DNA from: Flectonema sp. DT1601
Taxonomy: Eukaryota
Length of the DNA stretch: 64,000 nt
Direction of reading: 5' to 3'
NCBI GenBank assembly: GCA_964019425.1
Contig: OZ025794.1
Span: 806,001-870,000, forward strand
Made by a program: the position numbers and the translations under genes. The stretch's first letter is position 1. The number at the start of each line of letters is the position of its first letter. Below, piece by piece: positions 45,737-56,475 of this stretch. Under the pieces are notes generated by a model. The model saw only the letters and a list, made by a program, of their open reading frames with translations, did no database searches and was not told where the DNA came from.

Positions 45737-47065
45737 TCATGAAGCAGCAAGCATTGGTTCGAGTGGTTCACAAACAGGTGTCACATTTGATGAGACAGAG
45801 GAAGCAACCGGTAGAGCAGTCATCCTTGAACAAGTATTGTCTTGTGCGGTTAGTAAGTCAAGTTCTCTTAAGCAATCTTCATCAGTCACACCATCTTCAG
45901 TAATATTACTTGATAAGATTTGACTTATTTGAGACGTTTCCTCACAAGCATTGGCAGCGTCAGTCATGACTGACCGAATATCAGCAGCAGGAAGTTTAGC
46001 ATTTTGAGTCTTCAAGACGGAAATCGCATCCTTGATTGATGATACGAATTCGATATTAGATGCTGCCCTATCGATATCATTCATTATTTTAGAACAAGTG
46101 TGAAGTTTATTAACCGTGTCCTTGTAAGCTTTCATGTATGCGTTTAATTTCATTCTAATTTGTTGGTGTGTTATTCCGTGTGTCCGTTGCATTTCTTCTC
46201 TAAGAGAAAGCAAGACAGATTTTAATCTCGATACCTCCAGTGCGAATTGTTCCTCTTGTCGTAGTAATGCGACAAGGTTCGAATCTTGATCACTCCGGGG
46301 ACCGAACTTGACAGCATATTCAATTCCTTGTCCAAGTTTCCTAATTGGAATTGGGATGCAAAGACGATCTCTATGTAATTGAGCTACCATGAGCTTGTCA
46401 TCAGTAGCTGATAAGCCAACACTAGCAATGAACTCACGAAGTTGACGAGGTGTTATGTATGAACTAAACACATTACGAGATTCGTGAACAGTTGATTCCG
46501 CTGAATCGTTGGCAGTTCGAACCGCACTTCCAATAACAGAAAAAACCTCACGTGCATACTTTCTCGCTAGAAATGTATTTATATACTCTGATCCGTTATG
46601 TTGACTGTATCCCGCAAGAGTCGCCAACTTCAGAGGAATTTTATAAAAAGAATAACGCACAAGTCCAACAAGGCCACCATGACTCGTATCAAGCTCAGCT
46701 AAGAATTCATCAGCTGGTAATAATTGCTTTTTGTAAATAAGTTCTTTAGCAACAGCTTCCCTACCTGAATACGTTCGACCTCGGTATGTGACTTGTGGAG
46801 TTATGTCCTCAGATGGATTGTAAAATCTTAGCTGATCAGAATATTGGATGACTCTATTTGTCCACCATTCCAACTGTTCAGCGTCTCGCTTACATTTATT
46901 GATAGGCTTCCAATCATCAGCTAGTGGAACGAGTCTTCGAAGCATGATGTCTAAATCTTCACGGTCTTCAGGAGACTGACCATCATTGCCTTTTGGTTTT
47001 TTTGTTGTTGCGGTAGTGTTTCCTTCTCTACATGACGGTTCTAAAGTAGAGCGTTTCCGAGACAT
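45737..47065 (-). CDS. CHMP7: CHMP7-like ESCRT-III-related protein (winged-helix-like N-part, Snf7 C-part)
   Basis: LEWWTN N-terminal motif; C-terminal Snf7-like IDRAASNIEFV..IK.A..VLK..DIRSVM..QISQIL..DE..L.ELD.L. Start at 47065 after polypyrimidine CAGCAG. Confidence 0.6.
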   Translation of the reverse strand: MSRKRSTLEPSCREGNTTATTKKPKGNDGQSPEDREDLDIMLRRLVPLADDWKPINKCKRDAEQLEWWTNRVIQYSDQLRFYNPSEDITPQVTYRGRTYSGREAVAKELIYKKQLLPADEFLAELDTSHGGLVGLVRYSFYKIPLKLATLAGYSQHNGSEYINTFLARKYAREVFSVIGSAVRTANDSAESTVHESRNVFSSYITPRQLREFIASVGLSATDDKLMVAQLHRDRLCIPIPIRKLGQGIEYAVKFGPRSDQDSNLVALLRQEEQFALEVSRLKSVLLSLREEMQRTHGITHQQIRMKLNAYMKAYKDTVNKLHTCSKIMNDIDRAASNIEFVSSIKDAISVLKTQNAKLPAADIRSVMTDAANACEETSQISQILSSNITEDGVTDEDCLRELDLLTAQDNTCSRMTALPVASSVSSNVTPVCEPLEPMLAAS

Positions 47066-47613
47066 GGCCTGCTGGAAAAAATGTAAAGGAAAAAAAAAGT
47101 AGATCTTCAAATATTCGTAAGAGGCTTACTAATCACGAATTCCGTTCTCTCTTTTCCCATTGTGTTGTGTTGTTAAAAAGGAAAAAAAAAAATACAATAA
47201 ATAAATAAAATAATAACAACATAATTCTCCACGACTGCTGACAGTTCGAGATTGGTCGAAAATGTTTTTTTAAAAAAACAAAACAAAAAAAAAAAAAAAA
47301 AATGGAAAGTGCATTTCGGGTGGTAAGTCAAGTTTAGGTTATTATTATTGTTTTTATTCCACAATAGAATACAACACTTTTTTCTTTTTTCCCCCGTTTT
47401 TTTTTTTTTTTTGTATCCACAAGAAAGGAGGAAAAAAAAAAAAAAAAAAAATTCATAAATAACATTTCACTCCCTGCCTTTCTCTCTTCACTCAACAATC
47501 CTCCCTAACTATTAAAATAGTTGTTTAATGGTTTCATATTTCGGTTGTACATTTTCACTAAAAATTAAAAACTCCCACAGAATGCTGCTATGCCGCAGAC
47601 TAATGGCTGAGTC

Positions 47614-48768
47614 TTATCCACGTAATCCAACTTCCAGACCTTCGAACTTAACATCCCCAGGAATAGGCGTATCTTTCATTAATATGTCTCCTTTCAAATT
47701 GAATACAGTGAGGTAACTTGAAGGGGCATTACCATCGACTCTCTCACAACTTCTGATAGCTATGAGCGTGTCATCTTTTCCGTTGAGGAGGAATTTGAAT
47801 TCTGAAAATCCATAGCTGGGCTTTGCTGCAGCTTTTATCATTGTAGTAGAGCAGTGAATAAATGAACCATCACATCGAATTAAGTGAAGTCCTCCATCTT
47901 TCTCACTCCAATGATTTGGATCAAATGCCTCAGTTGATACTCTGTAAGGTAAGAAGAACCATTGATGGTGTACTTCACTCCATTGAACAGCTTCATGCAT
48001 CATGTATCCAGGGAATTTATTATAAATTGATTTAACACTTTTATATTCGGTATCCCATAATATTGATCGAGGACGACCTACTTCGTTTGTGAGAACTTTA
48101 ATCCACTGGTGGTCGTAGTGGATAGTGTCGGTGTCTTCAATCCATTCTCGTCCATGTGACCCGAAATGTAGTTTTGAATCTCTTACCGCAATCCATTTAC
48201 AAGGAAATGGTCTCTCAGAGTCACCATCACCTGCTGCAAGAATCCATCTGGGATATAACATTCTGGTTGATAAACCCAATTCAAAAACAATTCCTGTATT
48301 CGAATCACATGAATAAAGCTTTTGTTTATACTGTTGTAAACCGTGCAATTCCAATCCGCTTGAAAGCGGGTATGGAGTTTTTAATAGTTGGGGTGCACTG
48401 CTGCTGTCCCATATAATTTTATATACTCCGTTTAATGATTTCACAAGAGTACCAAATTGTAGTATCGTTGCAGAACTCGGTGTGCTGCTTGAATTTACTC
48501 CAATAACAGTTAGTGAGAAGGTATTTATATCTGAGAATGTTTTCGATTTTCCTGATAGGGTTTTTCTACTTTTCGCGACCATCAGTGGGTTCGTGTTAAG
48601 AGTACTTTGACCAGACCCAAGGGTTTGGATTCCAACCATCAACAAGAACAATACCACAAACACAATCCCACCAATCTGCTGTGGAGTTAGTAGTTTTATA
48701 GTTCTGACATACCCATCAATAAACCTTGCTACAAAGTCATCATCCTGTTGCTGAGTTCGGCGGTTCAT
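47614..48768 (-). CDS. Apyrase/CANT1-like calcium-activated nucleotidase family, type II membrane, divergent
   Basis: GLELHGL, LYSCDSNTGIVFEL, PRWILAAGDG, GSHGREW, PGYMMHEAVQWS, WFFLP.R.S, GFSEFKF, KFEGLE; N-terminal TM helix. Confidence 0.85.
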   Translation of the reverse strand: MNRRTQQQDDDFVARFIDGYVRTIKLLTPQQIGGIVFVVLFLLMVGIQTLGSGQSTLNTNPLMVAKSRKTLSGKSKTFSDINTFSLTVIGVNSSSTPSSATILQFGTLVKSLNGVYKIIWDSSSAPQLLKTPYPLSSGLELHGLQQYKQKLYSCDSNTGIVFELGLSTRMLYPRWILAAGDGDSERPFPCKWIAVRDSKLHFGSHGREWIEDTDTIHYDHQWIKVLTNEVGRPRSILWDTEYKSVKSIYNKFPGYMMHEAVQWSEVHHQWFFLPYRVSTEAFDPNHWSEKDGGLHLIRCDGSFIHCSTTMIKAAAKPSYGFSEFKFLLNGKDDTLIAIRSCERVDGNAPSSYLTVFNLKGDILMKDTPIPGDVKFEGLEVGLRG

Positions 48769-48820
48769 TCAAGAAGCATTATTCTTTAAGAGACAAGCGG
48801 TAGTAGTCTGGGGACTGGGA

Positions 48821-48888
48821 CTGTTAATGAGAACTAGATAGATAATATCGTACCCAATATACATTAAGCTAATTGAATCCAGTCATAC
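48821..48888 (-). other. Candidate 5'-UTR intron, 68 nt
   Basis: GAG|GTATGA...CATTAACAG; same donor class and size as the CDS introns; U-rich acceptor TGTTATTTATTACAG lies 17 nt upstream. Confidence 0.55.
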
Positions 48889-50107
48889 CTCACTTGCTTA
48901 TAAAACTGTAATAAATAACATAAAAGAAAACAATCATTCAAAACTAACAAACAAGTCAGCATTCAGGGTTTTTCGGGAAGTTTAATGAAAGACTCCCATA
49001 AGCTGTTTGGTGAGGTGGGAACAAGGAATCCTATTCTGTTTCTTCTTTTTTTTTTTTTTTTTTTTAATTCTTTTGAAGATTTTTAACGAAAGCAATTAAC
49101 AAGCTCCGTTTAAACTAACTAAAGGGACGAGATGCAGGTTCTCACGACATTTCTCTAGCAAATAGATTTTCATAAAAGATATACAAGTTTGCGAATAACT
49201 TGAGTACTCCTACTTTCTGTACTAATTGGTTGCTTTTTAGTTTTTTATAGTTTTTTTTTTTTGTTTGCTTTTTTTTTTCTTCTTGGAAATACCGAAGGGA
49301 ATATTAAGGGTAAAAAGAAAAATTCCTTTTCGGAAAAAGAGGATCGTCATCAAAAAAACGTTGTAGTTGTTATCGGCCACGTAGCTTTCTTTGCTGTCAG
49401 TACTTGTTTTGTTAATAAACCTCTTTTTTTTTTTTTTTTTAAATACCAAAACAACTCAGTCATCAGAGTCAAGTTGTAAACCGGCTCTGGGGTTCGTGTA
49501 CAAATAAAATATTTCAGTGTATTGATCAATCGCTTTTTAGGCAATCTTCTTTATTTGTTTAATAACTTTATTTATAAAAAAAAACGATCGAAGAATGGTA
49601 GGTCTCTCCGTCTGCATATACCCTCATGTTTGAAGGGAGAAAAAAAAGAACGAAAAAAAAAAATTGTAGTTAACTGCGAGTGTGCATTATAGTATCAAAT
49701 TGAAGTAAGAAAAGAAATCCACGTTCTATTTTTTTTTTTCAATGGCAAGAAAATCACAGGGAAGTTGTCACCGATGATGGACTTGCAGAAAATAAATAAA
49801 ATCGAGGTTAGACTAGGCCACAACCATTGATGTCATCTTACTCTTCTATCCATGTTCAAACAAAGGAAATTTGAAATGAATAAAAAAAAAAAAAAATAAA
49901 ATAAAATAAAAAAAAATGAAAAAAAAATGCTCTCTACCAAACTAAAACAAAACTTCGAAGGGTCAGGGAGAAATCGGCCAATTACAGAACACACAACAAA
50001 AACGAACCATAAACTAATATATTTTGGTGAAAGGGGACGAGGATTGAAACACACATAGTTTTTTCACAGCTAATGCTCGCTATCCTTTTTTCTTTTTTCC
50101 CCTTTCC

Positions 50108-50138
<31 letters not shown>

Positions 50139-50863
50139 CAGTAAAGTAGCCTTTTTTATATGTCGGCAAAGCAAATTACCGGGGGGTGGGATGACGCTAT
50201 GTTATATTTTTCGGAAAACGCGAACAACAAATAGACTCCAAACAAAGGTAACCTTTGCGCCCAGTTGTGTCGATGTTTAAAAAATGATACGACACGTTAA
50301 ATAAAGGACCTAAAGCTTTATTCTTTCCCCTTATGCGTTGGTATCGCAGGACACATACAGCAAGATTTACACCAGAAAAGAAAGTACAAGTGAAGGACAC
50401 AGCCTCCATCCAGTATCAATATTTCGAGGAATCAAAAATTTTATTTTTTCATTTTTGAAGTAGATATTTAAATAGAAACATGTCAATATTCCGAAACAAC
50501 GCATCAGGGAAAGTGAGATTAAGGACTACAAATAATAACAGCGATCAATGAACATACGGCGGACATGTTCCAGCACAGAAATGAGACGAGGATCCCATAA
50601 TAATGTACGCTCCTGCTTTTTTTGTTGATGCTTATATAACTTTTGTTAAAATTAGAATTAATTCATTCCTTTCGACACAAAACAAAACAAAATATTTTCT
50701 TTTTTCAGGAAAGGTACCTAAGTACTACTGCATACAACTAGTTTTTATTTCTTGGAAAACTACGTTTGGTTGTTTATTTTATTTTATTTTATTTTTTTGA
50801 TTGCGCAAGTCGACGAAAAAAAAAGAAGGGAAAAAATCGAATAAAACACCATCTCGCAGAGGT

Positions 50864-52696
50864 CTATGTTGTTTTTTTGTCCTTGACAGGTGCCCATTGT
50901 TCTTCAATATCAGCAGGGAATGGACTATCAGCCGCAATGGTGTTAATGATGTTAACTTCTGCAGCGCATGCATCTCTCCAATATTGCTCTAAAAGGTCAA
51001 GTTGACCGAGAGCGTTCCAGTCGATGTTTCGTTCTTTTGCCATTCTCTTCAAGAGTGCAGTAACTTGTTGAGATTGCTGTGAAAGCAGATCTCTCCACTG
51101 ACGATAATGTTTTAATCTCGGTGGGAAGTATTTTGGCATGATCGATTCCTCCATTTGAATTTGATCCAACAAAACCAAAGGAAGTCTTTTATCAACTCTC
51201 TTCCTACCTGCAGCTTTATACCACAATAACAGTGATGATCTTACTTCTGCAAGTCTCCAATGATGTGGGTGGAGTTGTAGAGAACTTCCTGGAATCACAT
51301 CATCCATTGACAAAGTGCTCTTTAACTCTTTTGTGTATCTTGTGATGAATGATACCATCTGTTGTCTGTCATTGTTCTCTGTTACAGTAGAGAATTCTTC
51401 TCTCATTAGTTGCACAGCTAATTTATTATTCTTACTGCTGGATCCCTTTGATGACGACGCATAAAAAGCACCAGTCAGTCCCTTGTCCTCTGTTGCTGGA
51501 GATATGCATCTGCCGCAGTCACATTTGCGGGAGTACTTCTTTTGAACCCATTCATTGCGATGGTCTGGTGGTAGCCAGAATCTATCAATAATACATTCCC
51601 AAGGAAGAGTTAATTCATCTCCCTGTTGAATCGTATCAATTGCTACGACGTCTACTGTGTGGCGATCAGCTGATAGAAATGACATCGCATTAGGCCAACA
51701 ACCTCTATTAAAGACACTACTCCAAGGAGAGAATCCCATCTCATCACCAATAGCAACACCATTCATTGTAGCCTGACTTAAAGCTTTTGACCACTGCTCA
51801 TCACTAAACTCACTTGATTGCGATGGTGTTGATGCTCCTTTATCATAAGGAAGATTCAAGCTTAACATCGGATTACCAGCAACATGTTGAACAAGTGTGA
51901 ACGGATAGGCCTCAACAGAATCCATTCTTTCTCTCCAAATAACTTGACCAGGAGGGATATCCTTCTTAGCTACAAAAGAATAAGGAACACCATTATTAGT
52001 AATTGGAACTAGAAATTCAAAAGCCAATTGAGGATTGTATTTACGAACAGCATCTACGACTCTACGAACGTCGTCACCGTCACAAGATGAGTCTACTTCT
52101 GGTTCTTGTTCTTTAGTAGAACGTTTTACCCATAAAACACATCCTTGAGTTCTTAAACCCATCTGAACAGGATTATTATTCCAATCAACATTAATAGGTA
52201 ATGGTTGAATACTAGTACTCTTATATTGCTTTGTAACGTGAGCAATAATCCTTGAAGTACCTTCACTACTAATAGTGAGACCACCAGTTGAAGATGTAGC
52301 CTCTGAGTAATCAATATCACCACAACCTAATCCTTGCTCTAAAGAAGTACTGTGGGTTGTGAAGTACAGTTGCATACTTTCTTTCTTAGTTAGCTTTAGC
52401 TTACTTAAGATGCTGTTTGTTTGTTTGTTTGTTTGTTTGTTTGTTTGTTTGTTTGTTTGTTTGTTTGTTTGTTTGTTTGTTTGTTTGTTTGTTTGTTTGT
52501 TTGTTTGTTTGTTTGTTTGTTTGTTTGTTTGTTTGTTTGTTTGTTTGTTTGTTTGTTTTTCCCTGTAGTATTTTTACTAAAAGAAAAAAATAATAAAAAA
52601 AACATACTTCGGAATAGCTCTGGCCAACGGCTTCGTAGGATCCACAGACACTACAATTCTTTTCTTACCCCCGGCTAAGATGCCAGGATCAGCCAT
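50864..52696 (-). CDS. SMYD-like SET-domain protein with altered catalytic motifs; exons 52608-52696 and 50864-52412; 545 aa (in-frame upstream ATG also at 52711)
   Basis: FVAKKDIPPGQVI, FNRGCWPNA, AIDTIQQGDELTLPW, post-SET CDCGRC, LHPHHW; intron 52413-52607 adds an N-terminal exon. Confidence 0.75.
52413..52607 (-). other. Spliceosomal intron, 195 nt, filled by (AAAC)n up to the acceptor
   Basis: GTATGT...(AAAC)n AG; joins RAIPN to ILSKLK in frame. Confidence 0.75.
52415..52558. repeat. Tetranucleotide microsatellite (GTTT)36
   Basis: Perfect 144-nt repeat read directly. Confidence 0.98.
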
Positions 52697-53627
52697 CAGC
52701 TGAATGATCATTTTATTTGATCTACCGAATGCTCTGAAAGGAAATTAAAACTAAAATCAATTCCACAGATAAGAAAAACAACACCTTCATGCTGCAGGGT
52801 ATTAATAGTCATCTGTGGGTATGGAAACAGACTCAACGTTAAAAGAGTGGCTTTGGAATCTCAGCTCGAGTTCATTCTTCTTTTTTTCATTCAGCAAAAA
52901 TCATGCCGTAAAAACAATCCGTGATTTTTATTTTCACAGGAATTGAGTGAGCGATAGCAAAGATAAGATTAGCAGCTTGCTAAAGAAAACGATTAAAATA
53001 AATTCAAAATAAAAATAAAAAATATATATTTGACAAGAAACAAGGAGTCCGTGAGGCAAGTTCGCGATTACTTCGAATAGAAACAAATAACAAGAAAAAA
53101 AATAGCAAAAAAAAAAAAAAAAAAAAAAACAACGCATCGCATCGCACTTTCTTCATTGAGTTCTAGTTTTCAACAAAGACGAAGCGTGCTAACACTCGAA
53201 ACACCGCGAGACGACTTTTTTACTATTTTTTATAACATTGGTCACCTTCGACAAGTGGAATTATTTAAGTTTTTTTTTTTTTTTTTTTTTGAAGGATTGG
53301 ATTATTGCGCTCGCAGGAGCATGAATTCTCTATCCAAAAAAAAAGAAAAAGAAGAAAAGAAAAACAATAATAATAATAAGCCTTTTTTATATCATAACTT
53401 GACACAAGGGAAAAAATATTCGAATGAGAACAATGCCTCAACTAAGAAACAAATCTAGCGAGTTAAGTCAGTCAAGACTCGTACTTTCAAGAGCTTTCAA
53501 ATACTACCGTTAGAGAAAATAACGAACTTATAGAAAACACGAGGCAAACGAACAGAGACTTCACAAAGGAAGTAATAGCGATCGATAAAATAAGAAATAG
53601 TTTTTGAGTAATGAAGTTGTTTTGATT

Positions 53628-55277
53628 TTATGGGTTGTTAGCAGCCAATACTTTGTCCCAGAAATCACACTGCGCTTTGCGATGATTGAATTGATTAGTA
53701 AACCCAACACCGCCAAACCTTTTTTCAACATCAATTACTATTGAGTTATCCACCAGTGGATTGTATTTACTCCATGGTAATGGAAGCGTAGAACCTGATC
53801 CGAAAGAAGTCCAAAACCCGGACATATCTTCTGCAAGTTGAGCTTCGGCAGCAGTTTTCCAGTTGCATTCAGGAGTGAAGGTGCTGCAATTGTAAACATA
53901 TCCAATTTCACTTCCGTGTGGTACAACAAACGCACCTGATCCAGTTCCAGGGATACCAGTATCAGTCTCTGTTGGATGAATAAAAAAATAAGAATAACTA
54001 TTTTGATTACTCTGTTGTAAGTTCATTAAAGTTCTTCTACTTGGACAAGTGAATTCATGGTCTGATTTCGCTCTCATTGCAGCCCACCACCAAAATGAGT
54101 AATTTCTCAAATTAGAAGGATATTCATACTCTTGAACCTGATATAAAGATGCAAGTTCTGGTAACCAGTCATCATTAGGTACGTATGGTGACAGAACATA
54201 GTTGAAATCGGACTGAGTTGCATTGGCATACGGATAACCATCACTTAGAAAGAAGAATGAATATTCATCCCTATTAACCCCAGCGATAATATCTACATTG
54301 TGAACTCTACTAGTTGGGGATTGAACAAGTCTCCATGGATGGAGATCGAACTCTACTCCATCAACAACTGGTGACCACGCGATAAATATATTCGAAGGTA
54401 CAGCAGGGATTAAGTTTACTGCTGCTTTCAATTCTGAAGTTGTTTTACTTTTCAGACAAGTTACATTCTGTTCACCAGTACCAGAACAGTTTAGCAGATC
54501 ACAAAAATGTTCAAACATCGCTTCCGCATTATCAAGAGGCTTTGCAGCCCATACTGCACCCATACCAGACTCAGCAATAGCTTTATTGTATAAGCCAAAA
54601 CTTCTGTGTGCTACTAAGTGATTTGAGACAGAACCTGCACCTGCGGATTCTCCGAAAATGGTAACATGGTTTGGATTTCCTCCGAAGGCAGCAATATGTT
54701 TCTTAACCCAAATCATAGCAAGACGTTGGTCTTGAAATCCAAAGTTTCCCATCGACCCATCCTTGTCTTTTAGAAAAGAAGATCCTAAGAACCCGAAAGC
54801 ATTTAACCGATAGTTTATTGTGACTACAATTACTGGATTTCCTTCTTTTAAAGAACGCCTAACAATTGATCCTCCAGCGAATTCATTACTGCAACCTCCT
54901 GCAAAACCACCACCGTGAATCCAAATCATTACTGGGAGGTTCATCAAATTACTACTTGATCCCGACGGTTTAAATAGATTAAGATGAAGGCAGTCTTCTG
55001 AGTCATAAATCCCAAGTGTACATCCACTACCGGGACATGTGTCACCAAATGTCGTTGCAGCGAATGTCTTTGGAGCCCATGGTTTCTTCGGTAACGGTGC
55101 TTTCCATCTGTTATTCCCCGTGGTGTCTTCTCCATAAGGGATTCCAAGATACTCGTCGATGTTATCAAAATAATTACCTTTTACTACTCCTAATCCAGGT
55201 ATATGTGTTGTTGGGTAACTTTCATTACCCAATCCCGATGCTGCAAACAGCGAAGCGCTCAACAGTATGACCGCCAT
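53628..55277 (-). CDS. Type-B carboxylesterase/cholinesterase-family hydrolase, secreted
   Basis: Signal peptide MAVILLSASLFAA; YLGIPY, SEDCLHLN, WIHGGGF, NYRL..FGFL, FGESAG (Ser), RDE (Glu), HGSE (His), CDFW. Confidence 0.93.
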   Translation of the reverse strand: MAVILLSASLFAASGLGNESYPTTHIPGLGVVKGNYFDNIDEYLGIPYGEDTTGNNRWKAPLPKKPWAPKTFAATTFGDTCPGSGCTLGIYDSEDCLHLNLFKPSGSSSNLMNLPVMIWIHGGGFAGGCSNEFAGGSIVRRSLKEGNPVIVVTINYRLNAFGFLGSSFLKDKDGSMGNFGFQDQRLAMIWVKKHIAAFGGNPNHVTIFGESAGAGSVSNHLVAHRSFGLYNKAIAESGMGAVWAAKPLDNAEAMFEHFCDLLNCSGTGEQNVTCLKSKTTSELKAAVNLIPAVPSNIFIAWSPVVDGVEFDLHPWRLVQSPTSRVHNVDIIAGVNRDEYSFFFLSDGYPYANATQSDFNYVLSPYVPNDDWLPELASLYQVQEYEYPSNLRNYSFWWWAAMRAKSDHEFTCPSRRTLMNLQQSNQNSYSYFFIHPTETDTGIPGTGSGAFVVPHGSEIGYVYNCSTFTPECNWKTAAEAQLAEDMSGFWTSFGSGSTLPLPWSKYNPLVDNSIVIDVEKRFGGVGFTNQFNHRKAQCDFWDKVLAANNP

Positions 55278-55572
55278 GTGTGTTGTTGTCTTTGAAGAAA
55301 AAAGTTTTGTTAAATTATCAATCTTATTGCAGGTAGTTTCTTTATCTAACTCATGGTAACAGCAATACGGAAGGGAAAAGAAAATCAAACATATAACGAA
55401 CCAAAAAAAAAAAAAAAAAAAAAAACGTGAATAAATATTTTTCTCAATAATGGAATGCAGGAAGGGAAGGTAATATTTTATTCTCATCTTTGTTCTTTTC
55501 TTCTATTCTATTCCATGTCTGAGAAGATGGAAATATGTCGGTGATAGACTAGCCATGAGACACTTTCAGAAG

Positions 55573-56406
55573 TTATTGTGGTGGTGTTCTAGACCTTAAA
55601 TTATCATTAGTTTCATACTCACGAGGAGCTGCATATGATGAAGTAGCCGAGGCCTTTGGTCCAGAAACAGCTTTTGTAGGTACCTTTTCACCCCGCAACG
55701 TATCAGTTTGCAACCATTGCATTTCTTGAATACGTCTGCAAACTAAATCATTTTGAAAGTATTCACTATTACTAGAACCTGGTAAGAGTGGTGAGGGGTA
55801 GCTGCTAGGAGGTTCAACTTCAACATTACGCTTTGAATATGACTTATCAGGTTTTGTTGGAAGGCAATGAAATCCTTTATTCTGAGTTGATGATAAAGAC
55901 AATCCAACTTTTGTTAAATACAATTCCTCATCTAAAGGAACTGTACGAGATTGACGTTCACTTCTTTTTGTGAGTTGTTTTGAAGAACGACTCTTTGATG
56001 TCGATCTGGTTGTTGAATTTCTGTGTTTTGAATCTTTTTGATCTCTTGTTCTCTCTCGATCCCAACACTCTCTTTGATAATCTTCTAACTCCGCTAGCAG
56101 ATCACTGTTACCTTGAGTTGCGTCTTGAAATGCTACGTAGTGAACGAGTCTTGTTACGAGTCCTGCTACTTCTTCATCAGCACCACTTCCATTTCCTTTG
56201 TCAAGGACTTCAAAACGATTACCTCCCAAAGACATGACCAGAACGTTATTTTTCTTACCAGGATTATTCTTTACATGATGGATTCCTCCAGCTGCAATTC
56301 CAGTTCCAGGATTTCCATTCTTCGGTTGAGCCGCCTGTGCTGGAGGCAACTGAACCTCATCGCTCTGGTCTTCCTCAACTGTGATTTCAGCATTTAATGA
56401 AGCCAT
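55573..56406 (-). CDS. Hypothetical low-complexity protein, 277 aa
   Basis: ATG-initiated ORF on the cluster strand with coding-like composition; no domain recognised. Confidence 0.65.
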   Translation of the reverse strand: MASLNAEITVEEDQSDEVQLPPAQAAQPKNGNPGTGIAAGGIHHVKNNPGKKNNVLVMSLGGNRFEVLDKGNGSGADEEVAGLVTRLVHYVAFQDATQGNSDLLAELEDYQRECWDRERTRDQKDSKHRNSTTRSTSKSRSSKQLTKRSERQSRTVPLDEELYLTKVGLSLSSTQNKGFHCLPTKPDKSYSKRNVEVEPPSSYPSPLLPGSSNSEYFQNDLVCRRIQEMQWLQTDTLRGEKVPTKAVSGPKASATSSYAAPREYETNDNLRSRTPPQ

Positions 56407-56411
56407 TTATC

Positions 56412-56475
56412 CTGTTGAAGTTTCTTATTATAAATCACGCACAGTAAGTAAAATGTGTTTACACAAACTATGTAC
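56412..56475 (-). other. Candidate 5'-UTR intron, 64 nt
   Basis: AAG|GTACAT...ATAAGAAACTTCAACAG ending 5 nt before ATG; upstream acceptor TTATTGTCTAACAG. Confidence 0.4.

Noticed and set aside
4824..49465. Isolated minus-strand TGATGA boxes (4824, 34256, 49347, 49460) as C/D snoRNAs
   Set aside because: No suitably spaced CTGA with terminal stem and plausible guide sequence.
52359..52678. ORFs encoding (CLFV)n or (KQTN)n
   Set aside because: Translations of the (GTTT)36 microsatellite.
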